From contig JAUYBE010000006.1 of assembly GCA_030693235.1 (NCBI GenBank), positions 2,758 through 66,757 on the forward strand: a stretch of DNA of 64,000 nucleotides. Direction: 5' to 3'. The position numbers and the translations under genes were made by a program. Source of the DNA: a bacterium. Its GTDB lineage: Bacteria; Patescibacteriota; Minisyncoccia; UBA6257; UBA9933. The number at the start of each line of letters is the position of its first letter. The first letter of the stretch is position 1. Below are positions 1 through 8,247 of the stretch, piece by piece. The notes below the pieces were generated by a model. The model saw only the letters and a program-made list of their open reading frames with translations, was not told the origin of the DNA and ran no database searches.

Positions 1-163
1 GGGTGAATTATTGCTGACCGAGAAGCAAAAAGCGTGGGTAAAAGCAAAGTTAAAGTCGGAAACACTGTTTTCGCTTAGATTGGCTTTAGAAAAAGAAAAA
101 TAACACGAAAAAAGAGTAGAATAGAGACAGCTAAAGCCCTCGCCTGCCCGCTTTTGGAGGGGC

Positions 164-1234
164 GTGCTTGCCAAGCCGAAGCTATTAAAAGCGAAGGATG
201 GCCGGTGGCGGAATTATTTAAATAAAAATATGGGAACAAAACAATCATTATATAAAGCAAATAAGATTAAGGATGATGAATTTTTCACTCTTTATGAGGA
301 TGTTGCCAATGAAGCTGCTCTTTATAAGGAGCAACTAAATGGAAAAAGAATTATATGTCCTTGTGATTGGGATGAAAGTTATAATGAAGAAATTGTTTAC
401 AAGGAAGAAGGGTTTGTTAGTCCATCTAATTTATTAGATGCCGGAGGCACAATCAAACGAATAGACATAAAAGCTTCCAAGAAAAAAATAGAAAAAGAGT
501 TAGCTTTGATTAGGTGTAATTTTGTAAAATTTTTAGTGGCTCATGCTGACACTTACGGAATAACTTCAATTTCAGTGAGTGGGTATAATCCCTCTACTGG
601 TAAAGGTGTGAGATTCCAAGATATTGATTACTCAAAATACGATCTAGTTATAACAAACCCGCCATTTAGTCAGTTTAGAGAATTTATTGATACGATGTTT
701 AAAAATAACATGAGGTTTTTAGTTATTGGACCGCTCACGGCTATAACTTATAAGGAAATTTTTAATCATATAGAAAAAAATGAAATGTGGCTTGGCTATG
801 CGAAGCAGTTATCCGGATTTCGATTATCAGATGGTACACTAGTTCTTTCAAAAGATCCTGAAGGCTCAGTACCTAGAGCTTGTAAATGGTATACTAATTT
901 AGATGTTACTTATAGACATGATAGGATGATTTTAACTGAGAATTATAGTCCTGAAAAATATCCAAATTATTATAACTACAATGGTATAAATGTGGAGAAA
1001 ACGAATAAAATACCATATGATTATGCCGGTGAGATGGGAGTTCCAATCACATTTTTAACAAAGTATAATCCAGAACAGTTTAAGATTATAGGAAAAGGTG
1101 TTCAGGTCAAAAAAACGGTAAGATTTAAGGGCGATAAAGCAACTCTTTGGATTGAAAAAGACGGTAAGCCTTTCAATGCTCCTTTTGAAAGGATATTAAT
1201 AAAAAATAAAAAAGTAATTAAAAATGGCAAATAA
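164..1234 (+). CDS. Putative N6-adenine DNA methyltransferase (NPPF catalytic motif); the real start may be the internal ATG near 230
   Basis: Translation contains 'DLVITNPPFSQF', the (D/N)PP(F/Y) motif IV of amino-methyltransferases. The 3' end overlaps the next ORF by 11 nt, suggesting an operon. No clear FxGxG motif I was recognised, so class assignment is uncertain. Confidence 0.5.
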   Translation: MLAKPKLLKAKDGRWRNYLNKNMGTKQSLYKANKIKDDEFFTLYEDVANEAALYKEQLNGKRIICPCDWDESYNEEIVYKEEGFVSPSNLLDAGGTIKRIDIKASKKKIEKELALIRCNFVKFLVAHADTYGITSISVSGYNPSTGKGVRFQDIDYSKYDLVITNPPFSQFREFIDTMFKNNMRFLVIGPLTAITYKEIFNHIEKNEMWLGYAKQLSGFRLSDGTLVLSKDPEGSVPRACKWYTNLDVTYRHDRMILTENYSPEKYPNYYNYNGINVEKTNKIPYDYAGEMGVPITFLTKYNPEQFKIIGKGVQVKKTVRFKGDKATLWIEKDGKPFNAPFERILIKNKKVIKNGK

Positions 1235-2309
1235 TATGAATATCAAATATTTATATGAACAACTTAGAGACGGAAAGATCATTAGCGATATAGAGCTTCA
1301 AAGAGAAATTGTTTATGATACTGAGAAACAAGTATTGGTTATAGACAGTATTGTTAACGGAATTCCGTTGCCAGCTTTCTATTTTTGGAAAAATAAAGAT
1401 GGTATCTTGGAAGTTTTAGACGGAAAACAAAGAATAGAAGCCATTAAAAAATTTATTGAAAATGATATTCAATATCAAGATAAATTGTGGAAACAAACAG
1501 ACAAGGAAATTCAAGACATAATCAATAAGACTGAACTTTCAATTGTTATATGTGAAGGTCAAGACCAATTAAAAAGAGAAATATTTAGAAGAATCAATAC
1601 TTTAGGTGTACCACTTTCTCCTTATGAAGTATTAAATGGTCTTTTCCATGGTGAATATTTAAGGGGTTTAACTGTTTATGTTGGGCAAGATAGAGACACA
1701 TTAAGAGTTTTGGGGTCGAATAGCCGTGGTAAAAATCAATACAAGATTTTACAGCTATTAATGGAATTGAAGAATTTATCAAGAGACCCTCAAACTATAA
1801 ATGATTATGTGAGTAAAAATCAGAAGAATTCTTTCGCTGATGACCAAAAAGAGATTAGCAAATATATCAAATTTGTTAGTGAAATATTTGATGGATACGG
1901 TCAATTAGATATTTATTTTAATTTAGCGAGAAAATATTTTAAGGATTCAGTTATTTGGAAACAAAATAAGGATGAAATTAATTCTCGTATTAAAAAATAT
2001 TTAAAGAGTGATGACGCTAAATTGACTGATAAATCGAAAGAGATAGAAGACATTATTCAAGCAATTGTAAATGACATTAGTGTTGATGAGAAGCGTTTAT
2101 TCTCAAGTGATGACAAAAAAGAATATTTAAGAAAACAAACGCCAAATAAAGAAAATAAATATCCCTGTGCCATTTGTAAGAAATATTTTTACGAGGATGA
2201 ATTGACTATGGACCATAAAGACCCATGGAGCAAAGGTGGCAGAACTGAACTCTCAAACGCCCAATTATTGTGTGGCCCTTGTAACATTAAAAAGGGAAAC
2301 AGAAGTTAG
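1224..2309 (+). CDS. DUF262 (ParB/Srx-like NTPase, 'DGKQR' motif) fused to a C-terminal HNH nuclease
   Basis: The N-terminus has 'ISDIELQREIVYD...LDGKQRIEAI', the DUF262 DGQQR-type motif. The C-terminus has 'CAICKKYF...DHKDPWSKGG...NAQLLCGPCNIKKG', an HNH Cys-His box. Confidence 0.65.
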   Translation: MANNMNIKYLYEQLRDGKIISDIELQREIVYDTEKQVLVIDSIVNGIPLPAFYFWKNKDGILEVLDGKQRIEAIKKFIENDIQYQDKLWKQTDKEIQDIINKTELSIVICEGQDQLKREIFRRINTLGVPLSPYEVLNGLFHGEYLRGLTVYVGQDRDTLRVLGSNSRGKNQYKILQLLMELKNLSRDPQTINDYVSKNQKNSFADDQKEISKYIKFVSEIFDGYGQLDIYFNLARKYFKDSVIWKQNKDEINSRIKKYLKSDDAKLTDKSKEIEDIIQAIVNDISVDEKRLFSSDDKKEYLRKQTPNKENKYPCAICKKYFYEDELTMDHKDPWSKGGRTELSNAQLLCGPCNIKKGNRS

Positions 2310-2387
2310 AACTTAGCTATTTATAGCTATAATTTTATCAAAAAATAATTAACAAATAACCTGACAAAGCCCTGCTTGAAGTAAAGT

Positions 2388-3587
2388 ATGATAGAAAATT
2401 TTTTCAATAATATTTTAAGTAAAGAAAATTTAGCCATTACTGGTGTCGTTATCCTTTTTTTATGGCGAGTCATCGATTCTTTTATTAAGCTTCACAAAAA
2501 AGGCGTAATTGAAACCGATAATATGGCTTTTGATTTAGCAAAAGCAAAATTAAGCAATCGATCAAGTCATGATTTTCCGCTACTCACTTATTTTTTCATG
2601 TATCGTAAAGTATTAAAGAGTAAATTGAACTTTCATCAAGGATATGTAAATTGGCTTGCGCATAAAGAGGAAGAATTAGATAGAAAAATTGACCAACTCA
2701 CTTTTCTTAATAGGACATTGGAAGAGAAAGATAGCGGGCGCGCTCCGCTTCCAACTTGGCGTTCTGTGTATTATGATATTAAATATCTTTTCAAAATTAT
2801 GTTTGAGAAAAAGCGATATAAAATTGAGAAAGTTTTTGTCCAAAACAAAAAGAATGAAAAACTAGCAGGATTGAGGGATTTACCAACTACTAATCGAGGC
2901 AAATATCCAACAGTGGTGCTAGTTCATGGTTTTGGTGCAAATAAAACTGAGTACGGAATGTTTGATGATTTAGCAAAGCGCTTAGCTTCTAATGGTTATC
3001 AAGTATATCGATTTGATTTTGCTGGACTTGGAGAAAGCGAAGGAAGCTATTCATTTACGACGCTTTCCAAACAAGCCGAAGATTTGGAAGGTATTTTAGA
3101 TTTCGTAAAAACCCAACCCACAACAGACAATTTTAAACTTGGTTTAGTCGGTATGTCATTAGGTACAGCAGTTATTACCGCATTTCAACCTAAAAATGTT
3201 CGAGCACTTGTCTATTTAGGTTCAGTATCCGAACCGCACAAAACCCTCAAAGAACTTTTTGGAACCGGATATAATCCCGATGGAATGTCGGTTCGAATTA
3301 CTTCCGAAGAGAAAAGAGTTGAAATATATGGCGATTTTTGGAAGGATTTTGATAATTACAATCTTCCAGATTTAATTAAAAATATCAAAGCTCCCATTTT
3401 GTTTATTCATGGTGAAAAAGATTCAAAAGTCGGTGTTGAAAGTGCTCAGCTTTACTTTGATAACGCAAACACTCCAAAAGATTTGAAAATTGTCAAAAAT
3501 GCTGATCATGGATTTTATGAACCGGACGAACGGAAGGAAATGATTGATTTGACAGAAAGTTGGTTTGATAAATATTTGTTGTATTAG
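2388..3587 (+). CDS. Membrane-anchored alpha/beta-hydrolase fold protein
   Basis: An N-terminal hydrophobic helix is followed by a coiled-coil stretch. The hydrolase core has 'VVLVHGFGANK', the nucleophile elbow 'GMSLGTAV' (GxSxG) and a C-terminal 'DHGF' His. Confidence 0.6.
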   Translation: MIENFFNNILSKENLAITGVVILFLWRVIDSFIKLHKKGVIETDNMAFDLAKAKLSNRSSHDFPLLTYFFMYRKVLKSKLNFHQGYVNWLAHKEEELDRKIDQLTFLNRTLEEKDSGRAPLPTWRSVYYDIKYLFKIMFEKKRYKIEKVFVQNKKNEKLAGLRDLPTTNRGKYPTVVLVHGFGANKTEYGMFDDLAKRLASNGYQVYRFDFAGLGESEGSYSFTTLSKQAEDLEGILDFVKTQPTTDNFKLGLVGMSLGTAVITAFQPKNVRALVYLGSVSEPHKTLKELFGTGYNPDGMSVRITSEEKRVEIYGDFWKDFDNYNLPDLIKNIKAPILFIHGEKDSKVGVESAQLYFDNANTPKDLKIVKNADHGFYEPDERKEMIDLTESWFDKYLLY

Positions 3588-3642
3588 GTGGCGCGCCAGT
3601 TTCACTGGCACGAAATTCAGTGGCGGTAAAACAAAAAGTTAA

Positions 3643-3779
3643 AAAACTTCAAAAATCCCAACGGCAAAGCCGACCTCGCCCACAAACCACCCGCGGAGTT
3701 GGTGCGGGAGATTGAAGAAAAGGAGAGGGGAATCAGCGGTATTCTTGCCGAGATTAAAAAATCATTATAAAATTTAAAT
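3643..3779 (+). pseudogene. Remnant of a type I RM hsdM 3' end; duplicate of the hsdM C-terminus at 21107-21205
   Basis: It translates to 'KNFKNPNGKADLAHKPPAELVREIEEKERGISGILAEIKKSL*'. This is near-identical to the C-terminus of the hsdM in this window ('FKNPNGKTDLAHKPPAELVKILQKMKMK'), and the nucleotides are about 85% identical. There is no upstream start codon or body. It is locally GC-rich like the RM locus. Confidence 0.55.
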
Positions 3780-3780
3780 T

Positions 3781-5778
3781 ATGATACCCGAAGTAAATGG
3801 TTATAAAACAAAACCGGAGTGGTTTCTTGGAAAAGGAAGTTTTGGATCGGTATACAAAGCTGAAAAAGATGGCAAGTTTTATGCTATCAAAATTTTTCAG
3901 TCCGAGTTACTCAAAACGGAATATAAAGACCGGCTTGATCGAGAAATAAAGGCGCTTCAAAAAATTTCTCATCCGAATGTCGTTAAGCTTTACGATTACG
4001 GGACTTTCAAAGATAAAGATTTTGAATATTTCTATATTGTGATGGATTTTGTTGAGGGGCGCCGATTAAAAGATTATGTAGGCGTCATGGACGAAAATAA
4101 AACTGTCAGCGTGATCGAATCCGTGCTTGATACGTTGGGTGCTGTTCACTCGGATGGTATTATTCATCGCGATCTGAAACCAGAAAATATTATGGTGGAT
4201 GCTGGCGGCACCCCAATCATTCTTGATTTTGGTTTAGCAAAACTGATTGATTATAGCTCAATTACGCAAACCGGAGATAGAGTCGGTACTTACTATTACA
4301 TGTCGCCGGAGCAAGTAACGGATAGCAAAAACATCGACGCAAGGTCAGATTATTTTTCAATAGGAGTTATTTTCTACGAACTCTTAACTGGCGTTGTTCC
4401 TTATGACGCAACAAACACACCGGCTCTTATTGACCAGATCAAAAACCGGTATCCGAAAAATCCATCCGAATTAAATGGCAGTATCTCTAACCAAGTTGAA
4501 AACGTAATTCTTAAATTACTCGAAAAGTTGCCTTATAAACGCTTTCAAAGCGTAGCTGATGTAAAATCTGCTCTCCATGCTACGCCGCAATTAAAGCCGC
4601 GGTTATTGAGCCTTGATATACGATTCTTTGTGCGGTTACTTCATACCGAAAAAACCGCGTTTGAGGAAGCTTTAAAAGAAGGGCTAGTTAAACACGTTAT
4701 TTTTCCTGCAAACTTCTTTAAGTTTTATCACCCGACAGTAGTAGTTTTAAGAAATTCAGATATTACCTTTACGACTGATCCAGCAACCAACCGACTTATC
4801 TATACGGCATTTTCCAAAACCGTAGGAGTTCAAGAGTTACCTTACTCTTCTGGCGATGAAGTAACCCCCATTCAAAAAAAAGATTTTCATGCTATTTCTC
4901 AAGTACAAGAATATGTAAAAAAAGTATTAGATTTTCAAATTCAAAATGGCGTAACTGAACTTGCTGCGCCTTTTTTCTTCGCAAAGAATACGTCCGATGA
5001 ATGGTTTAATATAAACCTAAAATTACTCAAGGAGGCAATTGATTATCGCGACGCTCATCATGAAAATTTACCAATCTGGGCGGGTATTTGTATGAACGTC
5101 GAGGGCTGGCATGACGATGATGAAAAGAATGCAATTTTGAATCGTTACGTTAAAACTAACCCCGATGGCTTCTTTGTATACGGCGATCCAATAGGTAATC
5201 AATCAAATTTGACGCAACTTTTTCATTACGGCGACTTCCTACGTAAATTACAGTCCTCATCGAATGTGCCAGTGGTTGCGTGTCGAGTAAGTGGTCTAGG
5301 TCTAATTCTTCTTAGTGCTGGTGTATCGGGCATATCTTCTGGTATGGGTGCGCTAGATAATTTCAAAGAATCTATACTGTGTGATACACAAGAGGGTTAT
5401 GCCGCCGACCCAAGGTATTACATATCGGAGTTATTATCGACGGTTTCTCTAAAAAGAGGTGTTACAACAAAACTTACAGCTATATCAAAATCAACCATCG
5501 GGTCAAAATTAAAATGTAAATGTAAGTTTTGTGTTGACATTTCTTCTGGTGCTGTGAGTCACAGAAATATGAAGCTTCATTTTCTCCAGAGAAGAAGGGA
5601 GGAAATTAATGAACTTGCGAAGATTGATCCGAAGGACAGATTAAATTACATCGGAGATAGAGTTGAACAAGCTCTAAAATATACAAAAACCCTCGCTGGC
5701 GAGGGTATAGAAGTCGGCGATTTTTCCCATTTAGGGACTTGGAGAAGTTTAGTTGAACAGTTTAAGAAGAAAAGCTAA
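3781..5778 (+). CDS. Hanks-type Ser/Thr protein kinase fused to a C-terminal TGT/DpdA-like (tRNA-guanine transglycosylase fold) domain with a CxCxxC...H zinc motif
   Basis: Kinase motifs:
- 'LGKGSFGSV' (Gly loop)
- 'AIK' (VAIK Lys)
- 'HRDLKPENI' (catalytic loop)
- 'DFG'
- 'SPE'

The C-terminal ~400 aa resembles the TGT fold:
- 'YSSGDEV...VLDFQIQNGVTELAAPFF' resembles TGT 'DSGGFQ...LGxDIxMxLD'.
- 'LPIWAGICMNVEGW' resembles TGT 'LFGIVQGG'.
- 'PDGFFVYGDPIG' resembles TGT 'GYAIGGL'.
- The terminal 'CKCKFCVDISSGAVSH' fits the TGT zinc motif CxCxxC..H. Confidence 0.7.
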   Translation: MIPEVNGYKTKPEWFLGKGSFGSVYKAEKDGKFYAIKIFQSELLKTEYKDRLDREIKALQKISHPNVVKLYDYGTFKDKDFEYFYIVMDFVEGRRLKDYVGVMDENKTVSVIESVLDTLGAVHSDGIIHRDLKPENIMVDAGGTPIILDFGLAKLIDYSSITQTGDRVGTYYYMSPEQVTDSKNIDARSDYFSIGVIFYELLTGVVPYDATNTPALIDQIKNRYPKNPSELNGSISNQVENVILKLLEKLPYKRFQSVADVKSALHATPQLKPRLLSLDIRFFVRLLHTEKTAFEEALKEGLVKHVIFPANFFKFYHPTVVVLRNSDITFTTDPATNRLIYTAFSKTVGVQELPYSSGDEVTPIQKKDFHAISQVQEYVKKVLDFQIQNGVTELAAPFFFAKNTSDEWFNINLKLLKEAIDYRDAHHENLPIWAGICMNVEGWHDDDEKNAILNRYVKTNPDGFFVYGDPIGNQSNLTQLFHYGDFLRKLQSSSNVPVVACRVSGLGLILLSAGVSGISSGMGALDNFKESILCDTQEGYAADPRYYISELLSTVSLKRGVTTKLTAISKSTIGSKLKCKCKFCVDISSGAVSHRNMKLHFLQRRREEINELAKIDPKDRLNYIGDRVEQALKYTKTLAGEGIEVGDFSHLGTWRSLVEQFKKKS

Positions 5779-6430
5779 GGAAGCGACTTAGCATCATTTG
5801 TTTAGCAAAAATGCTAACATTATCTTCGTTGTTCTGATTCCTTCGCTTGGGGGATTTTATTTCGATTGTATTGGTGGCAGTATCAAATAATATCAAGCCG
5901 ATATTATATTTATTAAACTCTCTAAAATCAATATTTTTTTTCGCTTCTTTTAAAATTGCTAGGTAGCTTTCATCGGCAAAATATTGATAACGGCGAGCTT
6001 GAACTAAGCCACCCTTGTGATCACTTAATTTAACTTCAATGGCGATTATTTTTTTAATCTGGTTCAATTCATCTTTCTCACCAATTTTTACATAACTATT
6101 CGCACTAATTTTCTTCATATATTGATTATTCACCAAAAGATTCAAATTTTTCTTTAAATTCTGAATATCTAGGGATGGGGAAAAATCTCTAATCTGATCA
6201 AGCGAATAAATCTCACCCTTTTCGAGGCTTATTAATAAATTTAAACAATTAAAATCCGTTAAGGGAGTACGCTTAATGTCATTCTTTCTAAAAGAAAAAT
6301 CTGGCGCAAAAACAAGATCAGCAATCCCATAACCAGCAGAAAACTCGTGGAAGGCAAGATTCGTGCCAAATTCCTTTTTCAAGATCTTGTCGAGTTTCTG
6401 CACAAGAGTTTTTTCGCTAAGATTTCTCAT
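5762..6430 (-). CDS. Hypothetical protein with a PD-(D/E)xK nuclease-like core; convergent with the kinase-TGT gene, with 17 nt of 3' overlap
   Basis: 'GIADLVF' (Asp) and 'IIAIEVKLSD' (E-x-K) are spaced as in restriction-endonuclease-fold proteins. No other family was recognised. Confidence 0.4.
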   Translation of the reverse strand: MRNLSEKTLVQKLDKILKKEFGTNLAFHEFSAGYGIADLVFAPDFSFRKNDIKRTPLTDFNCLNLLISLEKGEIYSLDQIRDFSPSLDIQNLKKNLNLLVNNQYMKKISANSYVKIGEKDELNQIKKIIAIEVKLSDHKGGLVQARRYQYFADESYLAILKEAKKNIDFREFNKYNIGLILFDTATNTIEIKSPKRRNQNNEDNVSIFAKQMMLSRFLSFSS

Positions 6431-6523
6431 ATATACTTTTATTATAGCAAAGAATGGAATATATTCATATTAACAGTTATACATATCGGTCTGCAATTTA
6501 AAAGAACTGTTAAATTTATGCCC

Positions 6524-6556
6524 TGGCCAACAAAAAAAATAGGCGAATAAATTTAT
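6524..6556. repeat. 33-bp upstream element 'ggccaacaaaaaaa(a)taggcga(a/g)taaattta', copy 1; copy 2 at 6963-6995
   Basis: The two near-identical copies sit immediately upstream of the ORFs starting at 6557 and 7062. They are likely a duplicated promoter/leader or a small repeat. Confidence 0.5.
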
Positions 6557-6913
6557 ATGACAAAGATCGAGAAGAAATTTAAAAACTGCGATTTAGTGGG
6601 AGCTCCTTTTACTCCCTGTATTACCAATGGTATGTGGTTTATTTCACGATGGGATGTGGTTCACACAAATACAAACAGGCAAGCAATTTATATTTTTGGT
6701 ACTGATGATATTCATGCAACACATTATAATAACAACAACCCAAATTTTCAGTTAGTAGGTTTGGTGTATGATACGCTTATAAAGCACCTTGAAGAAAATC
6801 CAAGCGACTTTAAAACTGGCCTATTTAGATTTGAATTCGACGGGCATAAGTTTAGTTATTGTGAAAAAGAACCCAAGTGGGCTAAAAATGATTGTGGAAT
6901 ATTAGAAGATTAG
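6557..6913 (+). CDS. Hypothetical small protein
   Basis: ORF of 118 aa. The preceding 33-bp sequence (6524-6556) is repeated at 6963-6995, upstream of the next gene. Confidence 0.35.
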   Translation: MTKIEKKFKNCDLVGAPFTPCITNGMWFISRWDVVHTNTNRQAIYIFGTDDIHATHYNNNNPNFQLVGLVYDTLIKHLEENPSDFKTGLFRFEFDGHKFSYCEKEPKWAKNDCGILED

Positions 6914-7010
6914 AATAAAAAGTCAAAAAGATACTTAAATAAAATTTTTGGAAATGACGGATTGGCCAACAAAAAAATTAGGCGAGTAAATTTATTGTCT
7001 TTGTCTATGG

Positions 7011-7036
7011 TCTAATTCGCGCGAATAAGCGAATAG
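7011..7036. repeat. 26-bp direct repeat 'tctaattcgcgcgaataagcgaatag' containing the palindrome ATTCGCGCGAAT; the identical copy is at 7970-7995
   Basis: Exact 26-bp identity flanks both sides of the Mrr-cat gene (7062-7913). Related copies lie at 32289-32316 (inside the rluB-like CDS) and at 50988-51011 (a 24-bp perfect palindrome inside murD). Confidence 0.7.
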
Positions 7037-7061
7037 ATGAAATTCTTGCTATAATTTATTT

Positions 7062-7913
7062 ATGCGTAAACGAAAATATTATTACGAAGACGGTGATTCG
7101 TTGTGGCGATTAATTTCTGGAATAGCCATTTTTTATTTTATATATTTAGCTCTGCAATATTTTACTAACCGTGCGAATTTTTGGCGTTGGGTTAGTTATG
7201 GAGTTGTGGCGGTTATAATTTTTGTGGCGATTATATTTTTGTGGCGCGAAATTAGACATCGTTTCAGGCAAAAACATTTAAACAAGGTGTTAACTAATTT
7301 AAGAGGCGCTAGACAAGAAGAATACTTCAAAAATTTTATAAATCGCTTTGGTTTTGAAAATACAAAGAGTGGGGGATGGTCGTTTAGAAATCGTAGGTTT
7401 GATTGGGATAGAATTAATGATCTCAAAAAGATATTAAAGGAAATGGGCGTTACTTCAAAAGAGAAAGATGTTTTCGCGCTTCTTCAATTTTATATTCAAG
7501 AAAATGAGGAAAAATTAACAAGGGAAAGTATCCACAAAAAACCACAAAAATTTGAAAACTTAACAGGAACAGAATTTGAAAAGTTGTTATATCGTCTTTT
7601 TGAGGCGATGGGCTACAAAGTAGAGTTAACTGGTAGATCTGGAGATCAGGGTGGAGATTTAATTGTAAATAAGAATGGAGAAAGAGTTTTGATACAGGCA
7701 AAATGTTATCGGGATTGGTCCACGGGCAATGCCGCAGTTCAGCAAGTTGTGGGAGCAGTGAAATACTATGATTGCAGTAGAGCGATAGTGATTACCACTT
7801 CGCATTTTACGAAGGAAGCTATTGCTTTGGCTATGGCTAATCAAACGGAGCTTGTTTCCAAAGATCGACTACAGGGATTGCTTTTACAATTTTTAGGTGA
7901 AAGTTGGGATTAA
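7062..7913 (+). CDS. Membrane-anchored Mrr-cat (type IV restriction endonuclease-like) domain protein
   Basis: There are two N-terminal hydrophobic helices. The C-terminal 'FEAMGYKVELTGRSGDQGGDLIVNKNGERVLIQAKCY...VITTSHFTKEA' matches the Mrr_cat PD-(D/E)xK core (D...D...QxK). Confidence 0.65.
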   Translation: MRKRKYYYEDGDSLWRLISGIAIFYFIYLALQYFTNRANFWRWVSYGVVAVIIFVAIIFLWREIRHRFRQKHLNKVLTNLRGARQEEYFKNFINRFGFENTKSGGWSFRNRRFDWDRINDLKKILKEMGVTSKEKDVFALLQFYIQENEEKLTRESIHKKPQKFENLTGTEFEKLLYRLFEAMGYKVELTGRSGDQGGDLIVNKNGERVLIQAKCYRDWSTGNAAVQQVVGAVKYYDCSRAIVITTSHFTKEAIALAMANQTELVSKDRLQGLLLQFLGESWD

Positions 7914-8019
7914 TTCAGTGGCGGATAAATTTTCTAATCTTACGCCGGTAGAGGTAAAAATTGTTATGCTCTAATTCGCGCGAATAAGCGAATAGTTAAA
8001 AAATGTGAAGAAAACTTTT

Positions 8020-8215
8020 TTGCGGGGTGGCGAGCGTCAGCGAGCGGCGGCGGGGCGGAACATCAAAATTCAGCGTTCGTCCGCCAGTTGGCGGATTCGC
8101 TAAAAAAAGTCCCGCCTACGCTAAAACTGCCTCCTTCGCCGAAGTAGCTTCGGCTACGAAGGCCGAGTCGGCGGACGGGTCGGATTTTGTTCAGCGTTCG
8201 GAGCAAAATTGTATG
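8020..8215. other. GC-rich (~60%) 190-bp island with multiple hairpins; a possible structured ncRNA or a remnant of foreign DNA
   Basis: The island contrasts sharply with the ~33% GC surroundings. Hairpins include 'ccgccagttggcgg' and 'ccttcgccgaagtagcttcggctacgaagg'. The motif 'ttcagcgttcg' occurs twice. The only ORF here (8027-8251) has no recognisable features. Confidence 0.3.
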
Positions 8216-8247
8216 CATTATCTTTCTGTGTGTGATAAAATAACCAT

